DNA of 64,000 nucleotides, from assembly GCF_006345805.1 (NCBI RefSeq), contig NC_042999.1:103478001-103542000 (forward strand), written 5' to 3'. The stretch comes from Octopus sinensis (lineage: Eukaryota). Below the pieces are notes generated by a model that did not search any database, was not told the origin of the DNA, and saw nothing but the letters and a program-made list of their open reading frames with translations. The position numbers and the translations under genes were made by a program. Numbering within the stretch: position 1 is the first letter of the stretch; each line of letters starts with the position of its first letter. This document shows, one piece after another, positions 27,389-39,545 of the stretch.

Positions 27389-28677
27389 CGAGGGGCGTTC
27401 AATAAGTAATGCCCCTGACCCACTTCCCATAGCAGTAGAGCAACGAAACTTGGCACAGTTATTAGTCTTTTTCTACATAGGAACCACCCAGAGTTACGCA
27501 TTTCTCCCATCGTTTAATGTAGCTCTGGAGACCGTTTTTGTAGAAGACCCCAGCTTGGTCCTCCAACCATGACGTGACTTCAGAAATCAAGGCTGCATCA
27601 TCTGGGAAAGGCTTTCTTTTCAAAAACAACTTCATGGCTGGGAAGAGGTGAAAATCAGAGGGTGCAAGGTCAGGAGAGTAGGGGGTGGGGGAGGAGTTCA
27701 TAGCCGCACGCCTGTGCTTCTGATCTGGCGACACGCGAGTTGTGAACCGGAGCGTTGTTCTGCAGGAGGAGGATACCTTTGCTGATCTTGCCCGCCTCTT
27801 GATTTTGATAACTTCTCTTAATTTCCTCAAAAGTGAAGCATAATAGGCTCCTGTAATTGTGGTACCCTTTGCCAGGAAATCTGTCATCACTACTCTGTCC
27901 TGGTCCCAGAAGACTGTGAGCATGACCATGCCAGCGGAGGGCTGCACCCTTGCTTTCTTTGGAGGAGGTGAGTCACGGTGCTTCCACTGCATTGACTGGG
28001 CTTTGGTCTCTGGATCATTATGATGGACCCAGGTTTCCTCCTGTGTAATCAGTCTTTTGAAAATTTTTTACTCATCTTCTTGGCACATCTCCAAATTCAT
28101 CCTCGAGCACTCAACGCGTTCTTGCTTCTGGAAAGGTGCGAGCAACCTGGGAATCCATCTAACAGACAGCTTTTGCATATACAAATGGTCATGAATGATA
28201 GTTTCCACAGACCCGGTACTAATCTTGACCTCATGGGCTATTTGGCGAATAGTTATGCGTCGATCTTCCAAAATGGCAGCCTCAACCTGACGGACAGATG
28301 CCTCATCAATGGCAGAAGGGGGGCGACCATATCTGGGAGCTATTTCCACAGAGTTCCGACCATGTTTGAATTCACGATGCCAGCGTTTTACAAGGTCATA
28401 TGATGGGACATCATCACCATAAGTTACTTTCATTTCATCAAAAGTCTCCCGTAGTGTGCGTCCGTTCAAATACAAAAACCGGATCACTGCTCAACACTCA
28501 ACAGGCTCCATTTCACACTTGACTCAGTTCAAACACCTGTAAATCAAACACCACAATTAGTTCAGAGCTGTAATTTTCCACGTAATCTGTGAGATATACA
28601 TAATTGCACATGCAAAATTTCAGCTAGATCAAACAATTGTAAGTGGGTCAGGGGCATTACTTATTGAACCCCCCTCG
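27389..28677 (-). mobile_element. Complete mariner DNA transposon (~1289 bp, irritans/Hsmar2-like TIRs), transposase disrupted
   Basis: 37-bp TIRs CGAGGGGCGTTCAATAAGTAATGCCCCTGACCCACTT / AAGTGGGTCAGGGGCATTACTTATTGAACCCCCCTCG (1 mismatch). TA duplication at 27387-88 and 28678-79. Confidence 0.95.
27462..28511 (-). pseudogene. Mariner transposase pseudogene
   Basis: ORFs 28068..28487 (HTH region, R.GRP, WIPRLL) and 27462..27992 (QWKH…VFWD…YSPDLAPSDFHLF…RWEKCV..GG.YVEK). In-frame stops and frameshifts. Confidence 0.92.
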
Positions 28678-29088
28678 TACCTCCTTACGACAATGTAAAC
28701 TTTATTTAATCAATGATGAGAAGCATGCGATATACACCCCATTTGGTTATTTAACAATTCCGAGGTCCCGTTGCCAGGAAATGTATGTTGCCCAGCTCTT
28801 GTTTACTCCATTCCTTAACTCTCGTATATATATATATATAATTCAGTTTGGGGGATTAATAGATATGCGGGTGTTCTATTTCAGACAATACAAAAAAATA
28901 ATAACCTAATGAGCATATCAGAAGGTAAACTCGACGTATCTATTTTTCACATCACGAAATAATACTTTAAAGGATATAACCAGTATATTAGCAGGGTATA
29001 AAATATACTTCCTTAATTATCTCCTACTTAAGTTAAAATAAAAAATGATCAATTAGGAGGGAACTACACACGTTTCAGTATTGAAAGA

Positions 29089-29154
<66 letters not shown>

Positions 29155-30109
29155 ATATACATGTGTGTGTGTAATCATCAGATTTACAACTCATCTTCAG
29201 GTTCTTTTTCAAAATATCGTTAATCTAATTTTTATCACCTTAACATTAAGCGTTAAATTAAACATTAAATAAAGCATTAAAAATAAAAAAATATACTTTA
29301 TAAAGTATTACAGGTCGCGCTCTCAAAGCAACGAAAATATTTTAGCAAATTGAATTTAAATGTTGAATTGAATCTAACGGTTTTTGTGTTTCTCTTAAAT
29401 GACTTATAAACACCTTCCACGCTGCGATTGTTTTCATTCCAGCATACGATTTCAGATCAGGTCACTTGCTATGCAAGTACAACTCGAAAATTAAAAATTA
29501 TAAATTATACATTATGAATATGAATTAATATACATATATCAAACTTATAATGTCAAGTATATAAAGTCAAATACAAAATATAAGATATAAAATATATATC
29601 AGGATAAAAATGTCAGTGATTAAATGTGAAAAACAATATAAAAATGTAGATACATATCCCCCTTGGATGGAACCAAGATGTCTTTCAAAATGGCGATTGG
29701 AGGAAGTGAAGATAGCAGAGCACTATGAAAATTTATAGATGATTAGTACTAAGGGGGTAATTCCACTATGCATAGTTTAATTTAAATTATCTTCTATTAT
29801 TATCTTCAATCTATGTTGAGGGATATATATAATCTTTTATAATTTTTAGCAATATTTAATTAATTTATTTATTTAATTATCTATTTAATCTATTCAAGTA
29901 CTGTAGAAATCAAACGTGTGTGATTTGATTCAAGTATTTCATTTTATCGAAAGTAAAATTACCTTTGTGTCTAAATTTAACTCCTCGTTCATCGTATATG
30001 TTTAGTACTTTATCTCTAGACTGTAGTAGTTTCATAAATTCTGTTATACATAATAAACACATTTTATTTCCAATATTATACACCACTTTCTGATAATTTA
30101 CTAGAAAAG

Positions 30110-30575
30110 GTTATAATGAAAAAATACAAAGTAGTTCATAAAAATTATTCAGATAATATCAACATAATCTCAAAAAAAATTATGGGTAAATATCTTATTG
30201 AAAATAGAACTGAACCATATGTTCGGATGCATCCAAGAATAACGATTAAAGACCATAATGATAATTTTTACTCTAACCCCCAAGTAAGGCTAATATGCCC
30301 TAGCAAATGAGACATAGGCAGACTTATTAATATTAGATAGATATATAGATAAATTGAATAGGTTAGGTAATCTTAAACTCTGGAATTGTATCCGCGACTC
30401 TATTAAATGGTTTAATAATATTCAGGATAAAATATATGTAAATTCCTTCAAATTGATATAGAGAATTATTATTCATCTATTAATGAAGTGGTTTTAAATA
30501 AGGTCGTATCATATGCCATGAGAAAGATACATATGTCATTTGAAGAAGTCGAAGTGGTGTTTGCCGCGAGGACAT
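30110..30575 (+). pseudogene. Penelope-like element (PLE) reverse transcriptase fragment
   Basis: ITIKDHNDNFYSNPQVRLICPSK*DIGRL, W…SIKWFNNIQDK and CKFLQIDIENYYSSINE match PLE RT N-terminal motifs (KDHK..F…P..RLINP.K; FDI..FYPSI). Disrupted. Confidence 0.75.
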
Positions 30576-30849
30576 GCATACACAAGGTGACAGAGGTACA
30601 CACACATATACAAACACACACACCATGCACACTCATATACATAAAAACACACAAACACGGACATTGCAAACACATGAATATGCAGAATACATACATACAA
30701 ATGTACACACATAAATAGATACATATGTACACACATACATGCATACAAACACATGCATAAATACATACATGCATGCATGTATAGGCACACACACACTGAT
30801 CCACACACATGCGCACAAACAAACAAAACGGAACTGTTAGTAACGGACA

Positions 30850-30983
30850 GATTCAAAACTACTGACAAGCTTGCACGATGCAACGAAAATTTTAGAAAAA
30901 TTAAGAAATAAGTGGAAATTTTACCGGTGAGTGTATTAAATTATAAGCACCAAAAGAGAATGACTCTCCCCAGACACCACAGT
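30850..30983 (+). mobile_element. PLE pseudo-LTR-like end with degenerate hammerhead motif (family H2), ending at (TA)n
   Basis: CUA-CUGACAA-G.UUGC…GCAAC-GAAA-AUUU-UAG, then GGAAATTTTACCGGTGAGTG…AAAAGAGAATGACTCTCCCCAGACAC. Homologous to 43128-43328. Confidence 0.65.
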
Positions 30984-32696
30984 ATATATATATAATTAAA
31001 AATAACAGGAACCAAGAGGTGGAACGAAACGACGAATCGGAACGAACCTGACGCGGGGCGCTGTCAGACAATAATGTGATAAATAAAAATATATGCATAC
31101 ATACAAACATATATGTACGTACCTACATCTACATGTATATATACATGCATATATAAATAATTATACGTGAGTACAGGACACCACAATAAGACGTAGAAAC
31201 GGGAAAAACAAAAAAACAAAAAACAAGAAAACGAAAAAAACAGTTACGGGACGTGCTACACAAGGAAAAAAACCCCGTCATCAGCTGTCGCTAGTAGACT
31301 CAAGCATGTTTCGAAGGCAAAGACAGAACACTAATCCACTAGGCCTTCCTGCGAGAGAATTAAAATAAAATTCCAAGCAGCGGGGCAAAATGAGTACGAA
31401 CACGAATAGGACGTAACAATAAAACTGCAAAAATAAAAATACATGTACAAAAAATACAAATAAATACAAAACGAGAAAATAAAAAGAGAATACGATACAG
31501 GAAATCAAACACACAAGAGAACGAACGAAAAAGCCTTTTTTTCTGGCATAGACGAAGGATACTGTGGCAGCGCGTGGAAGGCAGTCTTTTCAGTAGTAGG
31601 AGCAACGTGTAAAAGAAATTTTTATAGGCTGGCAGTAAGGAAGAAGGAAGGAGGAGGGGGACACGCGGCTGAGAGAGAGAGAGGAGGAGTGGAGGGAGAG
31701 AGAGTGGAATATACTTGCATGCGTATACAAAAATACATAGACACAAATACATATATTTTAGATTTCGTATTAGTTTTCAAAATTCTAGTGCGTTGAATCT
31801 ATTGCCTCATAGAGTGAGATTTTCTTGTCTCTCTTGAAAGCATATATTCAGCATAAAACAGAAATATCGTAAAGTGGAATACTTCAAGACTTGTTTATAA
31901 GTTATTCTATGCCTCTTTTTTTATCTCTGCAATGCACACTTCCAGTTTGCAAATACTTCTGTAACAGTTGTGTTTATACTCTCAACATTTTGAAAAAGAA
32001 ATCAAGGTCATGATGATTATTATGATGATGATAAACATCATCATATTATTATTGTTATTGTTGTCGTCGTTGTTGTTGCTGTTGTTAACACGACGGGTAA
32101 AAAGCTTAACGGCATTTCACTCGTCTTTACGTTCCGAGATCAAATTTGGAGTTTATATGACTGATTTAGTCTTTGCTCCAAACTTTCAGGACTTGAAAGG
32201 ATTTTCACACCAGTCTCTTAAGCAACCGGTTTCCGACCTACTTTCAGTAGCTGGCTCGCAAGAATGCTTATTGGCGTCTGCTCAGTAGTAAAAGTAAATA
32301 ACCACCTCTCAGAGCTGCTTCATACTTTGCGCTCGATCCGTCTGGGGTGTCCTCTCTCATCTCTTCTATACGTTCTGGTACGCGAGGGGTGTCTCTTTCG
32401 AACTGTGATGTAGAAGACCCTTGCCCAAAATGCCACGCTGTGGGACTTAACCCGGCACAATGTAGTTGGGAAGCAAGCTTCTTGGCACACAGTGATGCCT
32501 GCGCCTATGTATGCATTTATCGAGTTCCAATGTCTTTACCGTTTCTTTCTCCCCATCCTTTGTTTAAATTGCAGCACAAATTGTTGTCTGTCCTTGTGAT
32601 GTCCCCTTATCTGTGTCCCTGTGGCTAATAACAAAAATTATTATTGTTGTTTTTGTTCTTGCTATTATTATTATTATTATTATTATCAATCTTATG

Positions 32697-33098
32697 AGGC
32701 GGCGAGCTGGCAGAAACGTTAGCACGCCGGGCGAAGTGCTTAGCGGTATTTCGTCTGCCGTCACGTTCTGAGTTCAAATTCCGCCGAGGTCGACTTTGCC
32801 TTTCATCCTTTCGGGGTCGATTAAATAAGTACCAGTTACGCACTGGAGTCGATATAATCGACTTAATCCGTTTTTCTGTCCTTGTTTATCCTCTCTGTGT
32901 TTAGCCCCTTGTGGGTAGTAAAGAAATAGGTATTTCGCCCGTCGCTACATTCCGAGTTCAAATTCCGCCGGGGTCGACTTTGCCTTTCATCTTTTAGGGG
33001 TCGATAAATTACATAGCAGTTACGCACCAGGGTCGATGTAATTGACTAACCCTCTGTCCTAAAATTTCAGGCCTTGTACTTCCAGTAGATAGTATTAC
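32697..33098 (+). mobile_element. SINE family A long-tail copy (32697-32929) joined directly to a 5'-truncated short-tail copy (32930-33098)
   Basis: Near-identical to 874-1105. The second unit starts at GGTATTTCG and ends AAATTTCAGGCCTTGTAC…. Confidence 0.88.
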
Positions 33099-33114
33099 TC
33101 TTATTATTATCATT

Positions 33115-33658
33115 GAGTGAAAGAGCAGTGCATGTCATCAAAGTGACACTAGGGTAAAATATACGAAGCCCGGAATACCCATCATGACCACTCATCTGAT
33201 AAGAGTACACCAGGCACATGCATTACAATCATATGTGCGCTACATAGTGATCTCATATCAAGATAAACGGCGCATGACCTTGCAGATGGGACCCAGTTAG
33301 AACTTTCGTCAGGTCGAGTACCCCATCCCGCTCAAAAGGTATCTGAATAAGGGTTGTTTAAGGATGTTGAATGAAACACCCATGTTTCCAGAGGTGAATT
33401 ATCCAAACCCCCAAAGAATTCCTCTCAAAACATGGCTATGATGTTCCCCCACTACCTCTGCTCGTGATCGGAAATGCACATACCGTCAGCCACTAATGGA
33501 TATTGCTCAACTGGTTATGGTCAAACAACTGACAAGCAAATTTGTAGTACTGAGCAGAATATTTACTGTAAGCCATCTTTTACAGCAAGTCAAAACAATG
33601 TACCTGATAACACTTCCAGTCAGTTAAGATCGGAAGCCATGAGAGCTACTGCCTGGTA
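33115..33658 (-). mobile_element. ~555-bp (TAA)n-associated element, copy 2
   Basis: Colinear with 2841-3394. Lacks the last ~12 bp at the right end, where (ATT)n and the Dong element begin. Confidence 0.85.
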
Positions 33659-33672
33659 TTATTATTATTATT

Positions 33673-36600
33673 CTATGTTTGACTTTTGCTTTATATTTGT
33701 ACAAGTTGGCTCCAAGTCTCACCCAGAGACCTCAAGAGACAACAGGGTTGGAAGTTCATGTTGTTGTTATGCCTAGTGTGCCATATATTTGGGGGGTGGG
33801 GATGTTGTACTAATGAATGTCTAAAAAAAAAAAATTTTTTTTTTTTTTTTAAACCGGAAATTATGTTTGTTTTAAACCTTGAGGTTACATAGAGAGTATT
33901 TTGCGTAGGATATGAGCAGTTCCCATGAGCACTATCTTTTGAACTTCTGCCATTTTTGGGTTTCCTGGTATCTGAGTTAGGTAGCTATCAGCCCCTTTTG
34001 CTATCATTCCCAGGGCACCTATGACAACAGGTATTGTTTTAGTCTTCAGCTTCCACATTTTGCTGATTTCTATTTCAAGATCTTTATATTTGCTCAGTTT
34101 TTGGTAGGTCTTGTCAGATACGTTTATATCGATTGGGACAGTCATATCAATGAGGAGGCATGTTCTTTGTTTGAAGTTTTTCAATATGATGTCTGGCCTA
34201 TTTGCATCTATCTTCCTGTCAGTTTGAATGGTGAAGTTCTAGAGGAGTGAGATGTGTTCCCACCAGTTTTTTTCATGGGGCAAATCCAGGTTTTTACAGA
34301 TTACCCAGTGAATATATTGTGCAGCTCTATCGTGCCTGTTGAGATACTCTGTAGGCGCTAGAAGACTGCACTTGGAGACCACATGGTCAATGGTTTCATT
34401 TTGTTGCTTGCATACACGACACGTTGGACTGCTTCTGATCTTTAATATGTTGGCCTGGTAGTTTCTTGTTGGTAGGCATTGATCTTGAGCTGCTATGATA
34501 AACCCCTCTGTTTCAGATTTTAAGCCAGAGGCCATTAGCCATTGATGGGTCAGGGCTTTGTCGATATCTGCATTATTCGCTCTCTTTGGGTATTTGCCAT
34601 AGAGAGGTTTTTCTTGCCATTTATTATTCAGAATATCTAAGGCCGCAGTTTTGGCACGGGTTTTCATGCGCCTAGCTTTTTCTGTGCTTGTTTCTTGTAT
34701 ATCTATCTCTAATTCCGAAATTGGTTGTATTCGGAATTCACTTAGATATTCCTTTGCCTGTTTTGTGACTGAGTATGATGCTTTCTTGTTTTCATGTTTT
34801 GAGACAAGTTTTAGCATCAGTCCTCAGAGTTTTTCAGGTAGGTGTCTAGGCCAATTGTAGCAATCTTCATTGTTATTGCCAGTTGCAAAAGACCACGGCC
34901 TCCCTCTTTTCTTGGCAGATAGAGTCGTTCTGTATCTGCCTTAGGGTGGTGCATTCTATGCATTGTCAACAGTTTCCTTATTTTTCTGTCGAGCTGACAT
35001 ATTTCAGTAATTGACCAGTTAACAATATTGAAACTGTAAGTCACGACTGGTATAGCTAATGCATTGATTGCTTCGATCCTGTTTCTTGCATTCAGCTCTG
35101 TCTTGAGTATTGCTCTCACTCTTCGATAGCATTCTCTCCTGATCCTTTCCTTCATCTCTGAATGCCTTATTCCGTTCCCTTCATTATCCCTAGGTACTTG
35201 TAGCTCTCCGCTGGGTCTAGTTCTTTTATGACATTCTGTTGGTCAAGGTTAACGTTAGATGTTTCTGTCATTTTTCCTTTGATAAAGGTAGCCTTTGCAC
35301 ATTTATCGAGGCCGAATTGCATTTGATGTCGTCACTGAATTGTTTGACTATCGCTAGTAAGCCCTTGAGTTGTTGATCATTTTTGCAAAAAGCTTTAAAT
35401 CATCCATGTAAACGAGATGATTTATATTTTTATCAAACATTTTATACCCGTACTGCGCATCATTGAGCAGCTTTGAGAGAGGTATTAAGGATAAACAAAA
35501 GAGGAGTGGTGACAGTGAGTCACCCTGGAAAATGCCACACGAAATTTTTACATCACCAGCATTTAGGGATTCACTGTCACTGTTCAGAGTTAGTGTGGTT
35601 CTCCATGATCTCATACTTACAGTCAAGAAGTTTCGCAGAGTTGGTGCTATCTTATACATTTCAAGGCATTTCCTAATCCAGCTATGTGGTAGGCTATCAA
35701 AAGCCTTTTTATAGTCTATCCAGGCTATTGATAAGTTTTTGTGTCGTTTGTGACAATCTTCTAAGATCATCTTATTGATGAGTAGTTGGTCTTTACAGCC
35801 GTAGGATCCACGTTTACATCCTTTCTGTTCATTAGGGAATATGCTGCTGTCTGTTAAAAAACTATAGGTATATTCCGTCAGGACAGATGTTAGTGTTTTG
35901 TACATAGTTGTTAAGCAGGTTATGGGTCTATAGTTTTTTGGTTCATTTGTTTCTTCACTTTTTGGAAGCAGGAATGTTAACCCATTAACTAGCCAAGGAG
36001 GCATCCTACTAGGGTGTTGCAAAACATCATTGTACAGTTCTGTTAGCAGTTCATGGCTCTCTGGGAAGGCATTCAGCCAGAAGTTAGGAATTTTATCCTT
36101 TCCTGGAGACTTCCATTTGCTTGACCTCCTGAGAGCAGATCTTATATCTTCTACCTTGACACCCTCCCACTTTTGCTCTTCTAAGGGGTCCAGTTCTGTA
36201 GATATTCTGTCAATCCAGGGGGCCTTTTCGTTGTGTATTTTTTCTTCTGCCCAGATTTTATTCCAAAATCTCTGCACTTCTTCTTTTGATGGTACAGACC
36301 CTGCAGTAAACGCTGTTTTTCCTATCTTCCTGTAAAAATTCTTGGGGTTATTTTTGAACATGTTGTTGTCCTTGAAAAATCTAACACGCTTTTCATACCT
36401 CGCTATGCGGGCAGCTTTGGCAGATACCTTTTGTTTGATGGTTTCTATGGTGGCATCAATATCAAGTATAGTTTTCATATTGTATTTTTTCAGTAATTTT
36501 TGGGTTTTTGTAGGTTTGGTAATCTTGTGAGCCTTAAGGTTTTTCAAATATTCAATGTCAGATCTAAATATTTTAATTTGTTGTTGCAGACGCTCTTGCC

Positions 36601-37602
36601 AAGAAGGCTTTTTGTGGGACTGTTGCCGTTTTCTAATCTTTACACCACATAGGATCGTTGAGATTTTCGCGGATGCATAGTATAGGTGGTTGAGGTTTGT
36701 GATATCAACATCATTACTGAAATTATATCCTTAAGTGCAAGCCGGATTTTACCAATTATTTTCATGTTTTGGTTAGAGTTGCGGATTTTAGGAAGTGTAT
36801 CACGCTCATCCATGCTGGTTTCTTTAATTTTCAGCCATTCAATCATGATTTGATTTTTTAGCTCATGTAGTTCTGTTGGGTCAATATTTGTGTGACTTTC
36901 TTTATCTATTTGATGCTCATCTGTCTTAGTGCTTATGATTGGTTCAGGGCGTATTTCACTTTGCCTATCACTTATACTAACTCTTTCAATCCTCTCTTCG
37001 TTTTTATCCGCCCTGGGCTGGTCTATAATCATTTCCTCTGTATTATCTTCTCTAGCTGCAGCTTCGTTCATTTTATCCGATATTGCTTGTCTAACCTGAT
37101 CAATCTCTACTTCAGTCAGTAATTTCTTTTTATAATGTTTCTTCTAACATTGGCAAGCTTGTTACTGTCTATGTAGGGTCTTACTTCAGGGTGTTTCTGT
37201 CTCCAGTTTAAGTATGCTTGTACAGTGCTAGACTTATCTGTGGGGAAATATATGGCATGGTAGAAGGCCTCAAGAACTTCTTTATTATCTTCCCTAGACC
37301 ATTTTTCCTTCTTTTTCTTTTGATGATTTGGTGATGAGCATGGATGGCCATCTGTTGGAATATTCCGGTTGTGGGGTTCGTCCAGCTCCTGTGTGTTGGG
37401 AAGATTTGATCCAGTAACTGATTTTTCAATCAGGATTTGGTTCAATTTTCGGGTACGTGGTCTTTTGTAATCCGCGCAATGACCAATGCGGTTTATTGTT
37501 TGATTTGTTGACCTTGAAGCATGACGAGCATCCATTCTTATATTAGGAGATGGATCTGTCAGTCTAGGGTTCACTACATGTAAGCATTGCTCATAGCGCC
37601 GC
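33673..37602 (-). mobile_element. Near full-length R4/Dong-clade non-LTR retrotransposon (RT + CCHC + RLE) inserted in (TAA)n
   Basis: Six colinear ORF pieces: N-terminal KW.REDN…FY; RT (WKSPGKDKI, NYRPITCL, AWIDYKKAFDS, GIFQGDSLSPLLF, YMDDLK); CRVC…ETIDHVVSKC; RHD; RPDII…LLIDMTVP…K.SKYKDL (RLE); ~210-bp 3' UTR. (ATT)n on both flanks. Confidence 0.95.
33885..37574 (-). pseudogene. Frameshifted single ORF of the R4/Dong element (RT-RLE polyprotein)
   Basis: ORFs 37116..37574, 36640..37071, 35354..36547, 34817..35155, 34239..34817 and 33885..34184. In-frame TAG at 34239. Confidence 0.92.

Positions 37603-37678
<76 letters not shown>
37603..37678. repeat. (ATT)n microsatellite
   Basis: Directly visible. 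Confidence 0.97.
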
Positions 37679-37679
<1 letters not shown>

Positions 37680-37682
37680 TTT

Positions 37683-38168
37683 ATTTATTGTCTTTGCACA
37701 CCTTCTAACGCTGGAAATGTAATACGGTGGCAGCTGTTCACTACCTGTGAACCCCTTATTTTTCGAGCACGATCCGGAGTGTTCGTATGGTTCTAAGCAG
37801 TGCTGGTTTCTGCAAGTGCTCCACCCTTATTGCAGTCCCTATTTGTTTCATGTACTTTTAAAGATTTTTACTCACTGTTCCCAGGGCTCCGACAATTATT
37901 GGTACTACTACCACATTTTTCAGCTTGACCTCCCAAGCTAACCTGTCATATCTGTCGACTTTTCTTTCTTCCTTATCGTATGCCTTGTTGTCAGCTGAGT
38001 ATGCAATATCTATGATCGAGCATCGTTTGTATTCTTTCTCAATTAACACTATATTTGGTTTCCTCCTCTCTATCTCATGGTCGCACTGAATCATAAAATC
38101 CCATAGGATCTTTGCATTATCATTTTCGATTATGCCTTCGCGTTTATGCTCGTACCACTATTTTGCTC
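37683..38168 (-). mobile_element. 5'-truncated R4/Dong-type element (different family), RLE domain plus 3' UTR, between two (ATT)n tracts
   Basis: WYEHKREGIIENDNAKILWDFMIQCDHEIERRKPNIVLIEK…IIDIA…K.DRY..L…VVPIIVGALG. Confidence 0.88.
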
Positions 38169-38188
38169 TACTACTACTACTATTATTT

Positions 38189-38246
<58 letters not shown>

Positions 38247-38789
38247 CACTTTGCTTTAAATAAACGTAGAAAGTCTTGATTTTATATTTAGGCTAATTAA
38301 TGCTTCGTACGGCCCATTTAATTCTTCTGTATTGCTAGTGGATTATATATTATTATATCCAATCCATTTTTCGCCTTGGCTCTAAGCTAGTCGTTCTACA
38401 TGCTTTGAAATAGTAAAGAAATCTCATTCAAATCCTCCAAAAACAAAACAAAAAAAGAACAGACCAATGCCATCTAATGACATATTCAAATTTGCCTCTA
38501 TGGATTAAATTCCACATTTAGACACGTTTTATGGATTTTCTTCATTGTTTTTTTTCTCTTTTTTACCTTTTACTCTTTTTACTTGCTTTTTACATGTTTC
38601 AATCTTTGATTTCGATCACATACAGAGAGAGTTATCTTGCCTGGTTTAAGCTATTCTGTGATCCTAAACACTCGGCGTCTTAAAGGGACTTTCTCCTCTG
38701 GTGCTATCCCGCAGCTAAGCAAAACACATACACTGAGTATGTAAAATCAATAATTGATATGTATAAATACACAGACACACACACGTATA

Positions 38790-38875
38790 TATATATATAT
38801 ACATTCACGACGAGCTTTTTTCAGCCTCCGTCAACCAAGTCCACTCACAAGATTTTGATCGGCCCGGAATGCAGT
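38790..38875 (-). mobile_element. SINE family B fragment
   Basis: ACGACGAGCTTTTTTCAGCCTCCGTCAACCAAGTCCACTCACAAG is the reverse complement of the family B body. Confidence 0.65.
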
Positions 38876-39409
38876 CAGATCGAATCATTGTAACACAATG
38901 TCATATCTGAATTAAGTAATAAAGCATTCGGATCATCTCTCGAGTTTGAGGATACATTCGTCTCTAAGCTTCAAGAATCCCTCTAATCGATCCCTGGACA
39001 TTGTCCTTTCATCTGTATTCTTCGTAGGTATACTATGCTCGCAGAAGAGACAAGATTATCGTGGTTGTGTACTTTTTGGTTCTTGGTATACTTAAAAAGA
39101 TCTGACTCGGAATTAAACAATAAAAATAAGAACTCTAAGAAACTAGTTGTATTTTTAAAACAAAAAGCAATAACATATTGCAGTTGATGTCTTCCGCTCT
39201 TAATGTTAACCCAATGCTTAGCTTAAAATTTAAAAAAAACACCTACGGTGCTTTCTTTTATTTACAGTAATAGATAGAAGGAAAATAAGATAGAAAAGGT
39301 TGAAAATCAACGGAAAGCAGTTAATTTTATTTAGTGTTTTATTTTCTCTAGTTATTTTTATACAATCTTTCCAAATAAAGCAAACATTTAGCATCGTTGC
39401 TCAGCCTTG

Positions 39410-39545
39410 GTTTCATGGGAAAAAATTCATGGAAAAATAAGATTCATGGAAAAAAGATTCACGGGAAAAGATTCATGAAAAAAAAAAAAGATTCATGGAA
39501 AGAAAGATTCAGAGAAAAGAAAAAAGATTTATGGAAAAAGAGATA
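39410..39545. repeat. Short minisatellite of AAAGATTCATGGAAA-type units (~7 copies)
   Basis: Directly visible imperfect tandem. Confidence 0.8.

Noticed and set aside
31270-31350. Hammerhead-like GAAGGC…GCCUUC-GAAA-CAUG on the minus strand
   Set aside because: The CUGANGA box is missing; too degenerate to call.
39410-39545. Short repeats resembling a CRISPR array
   Set aside because: Units are separated only by variable A runs; no unique spacers, no cas genes, eukaryotic context.
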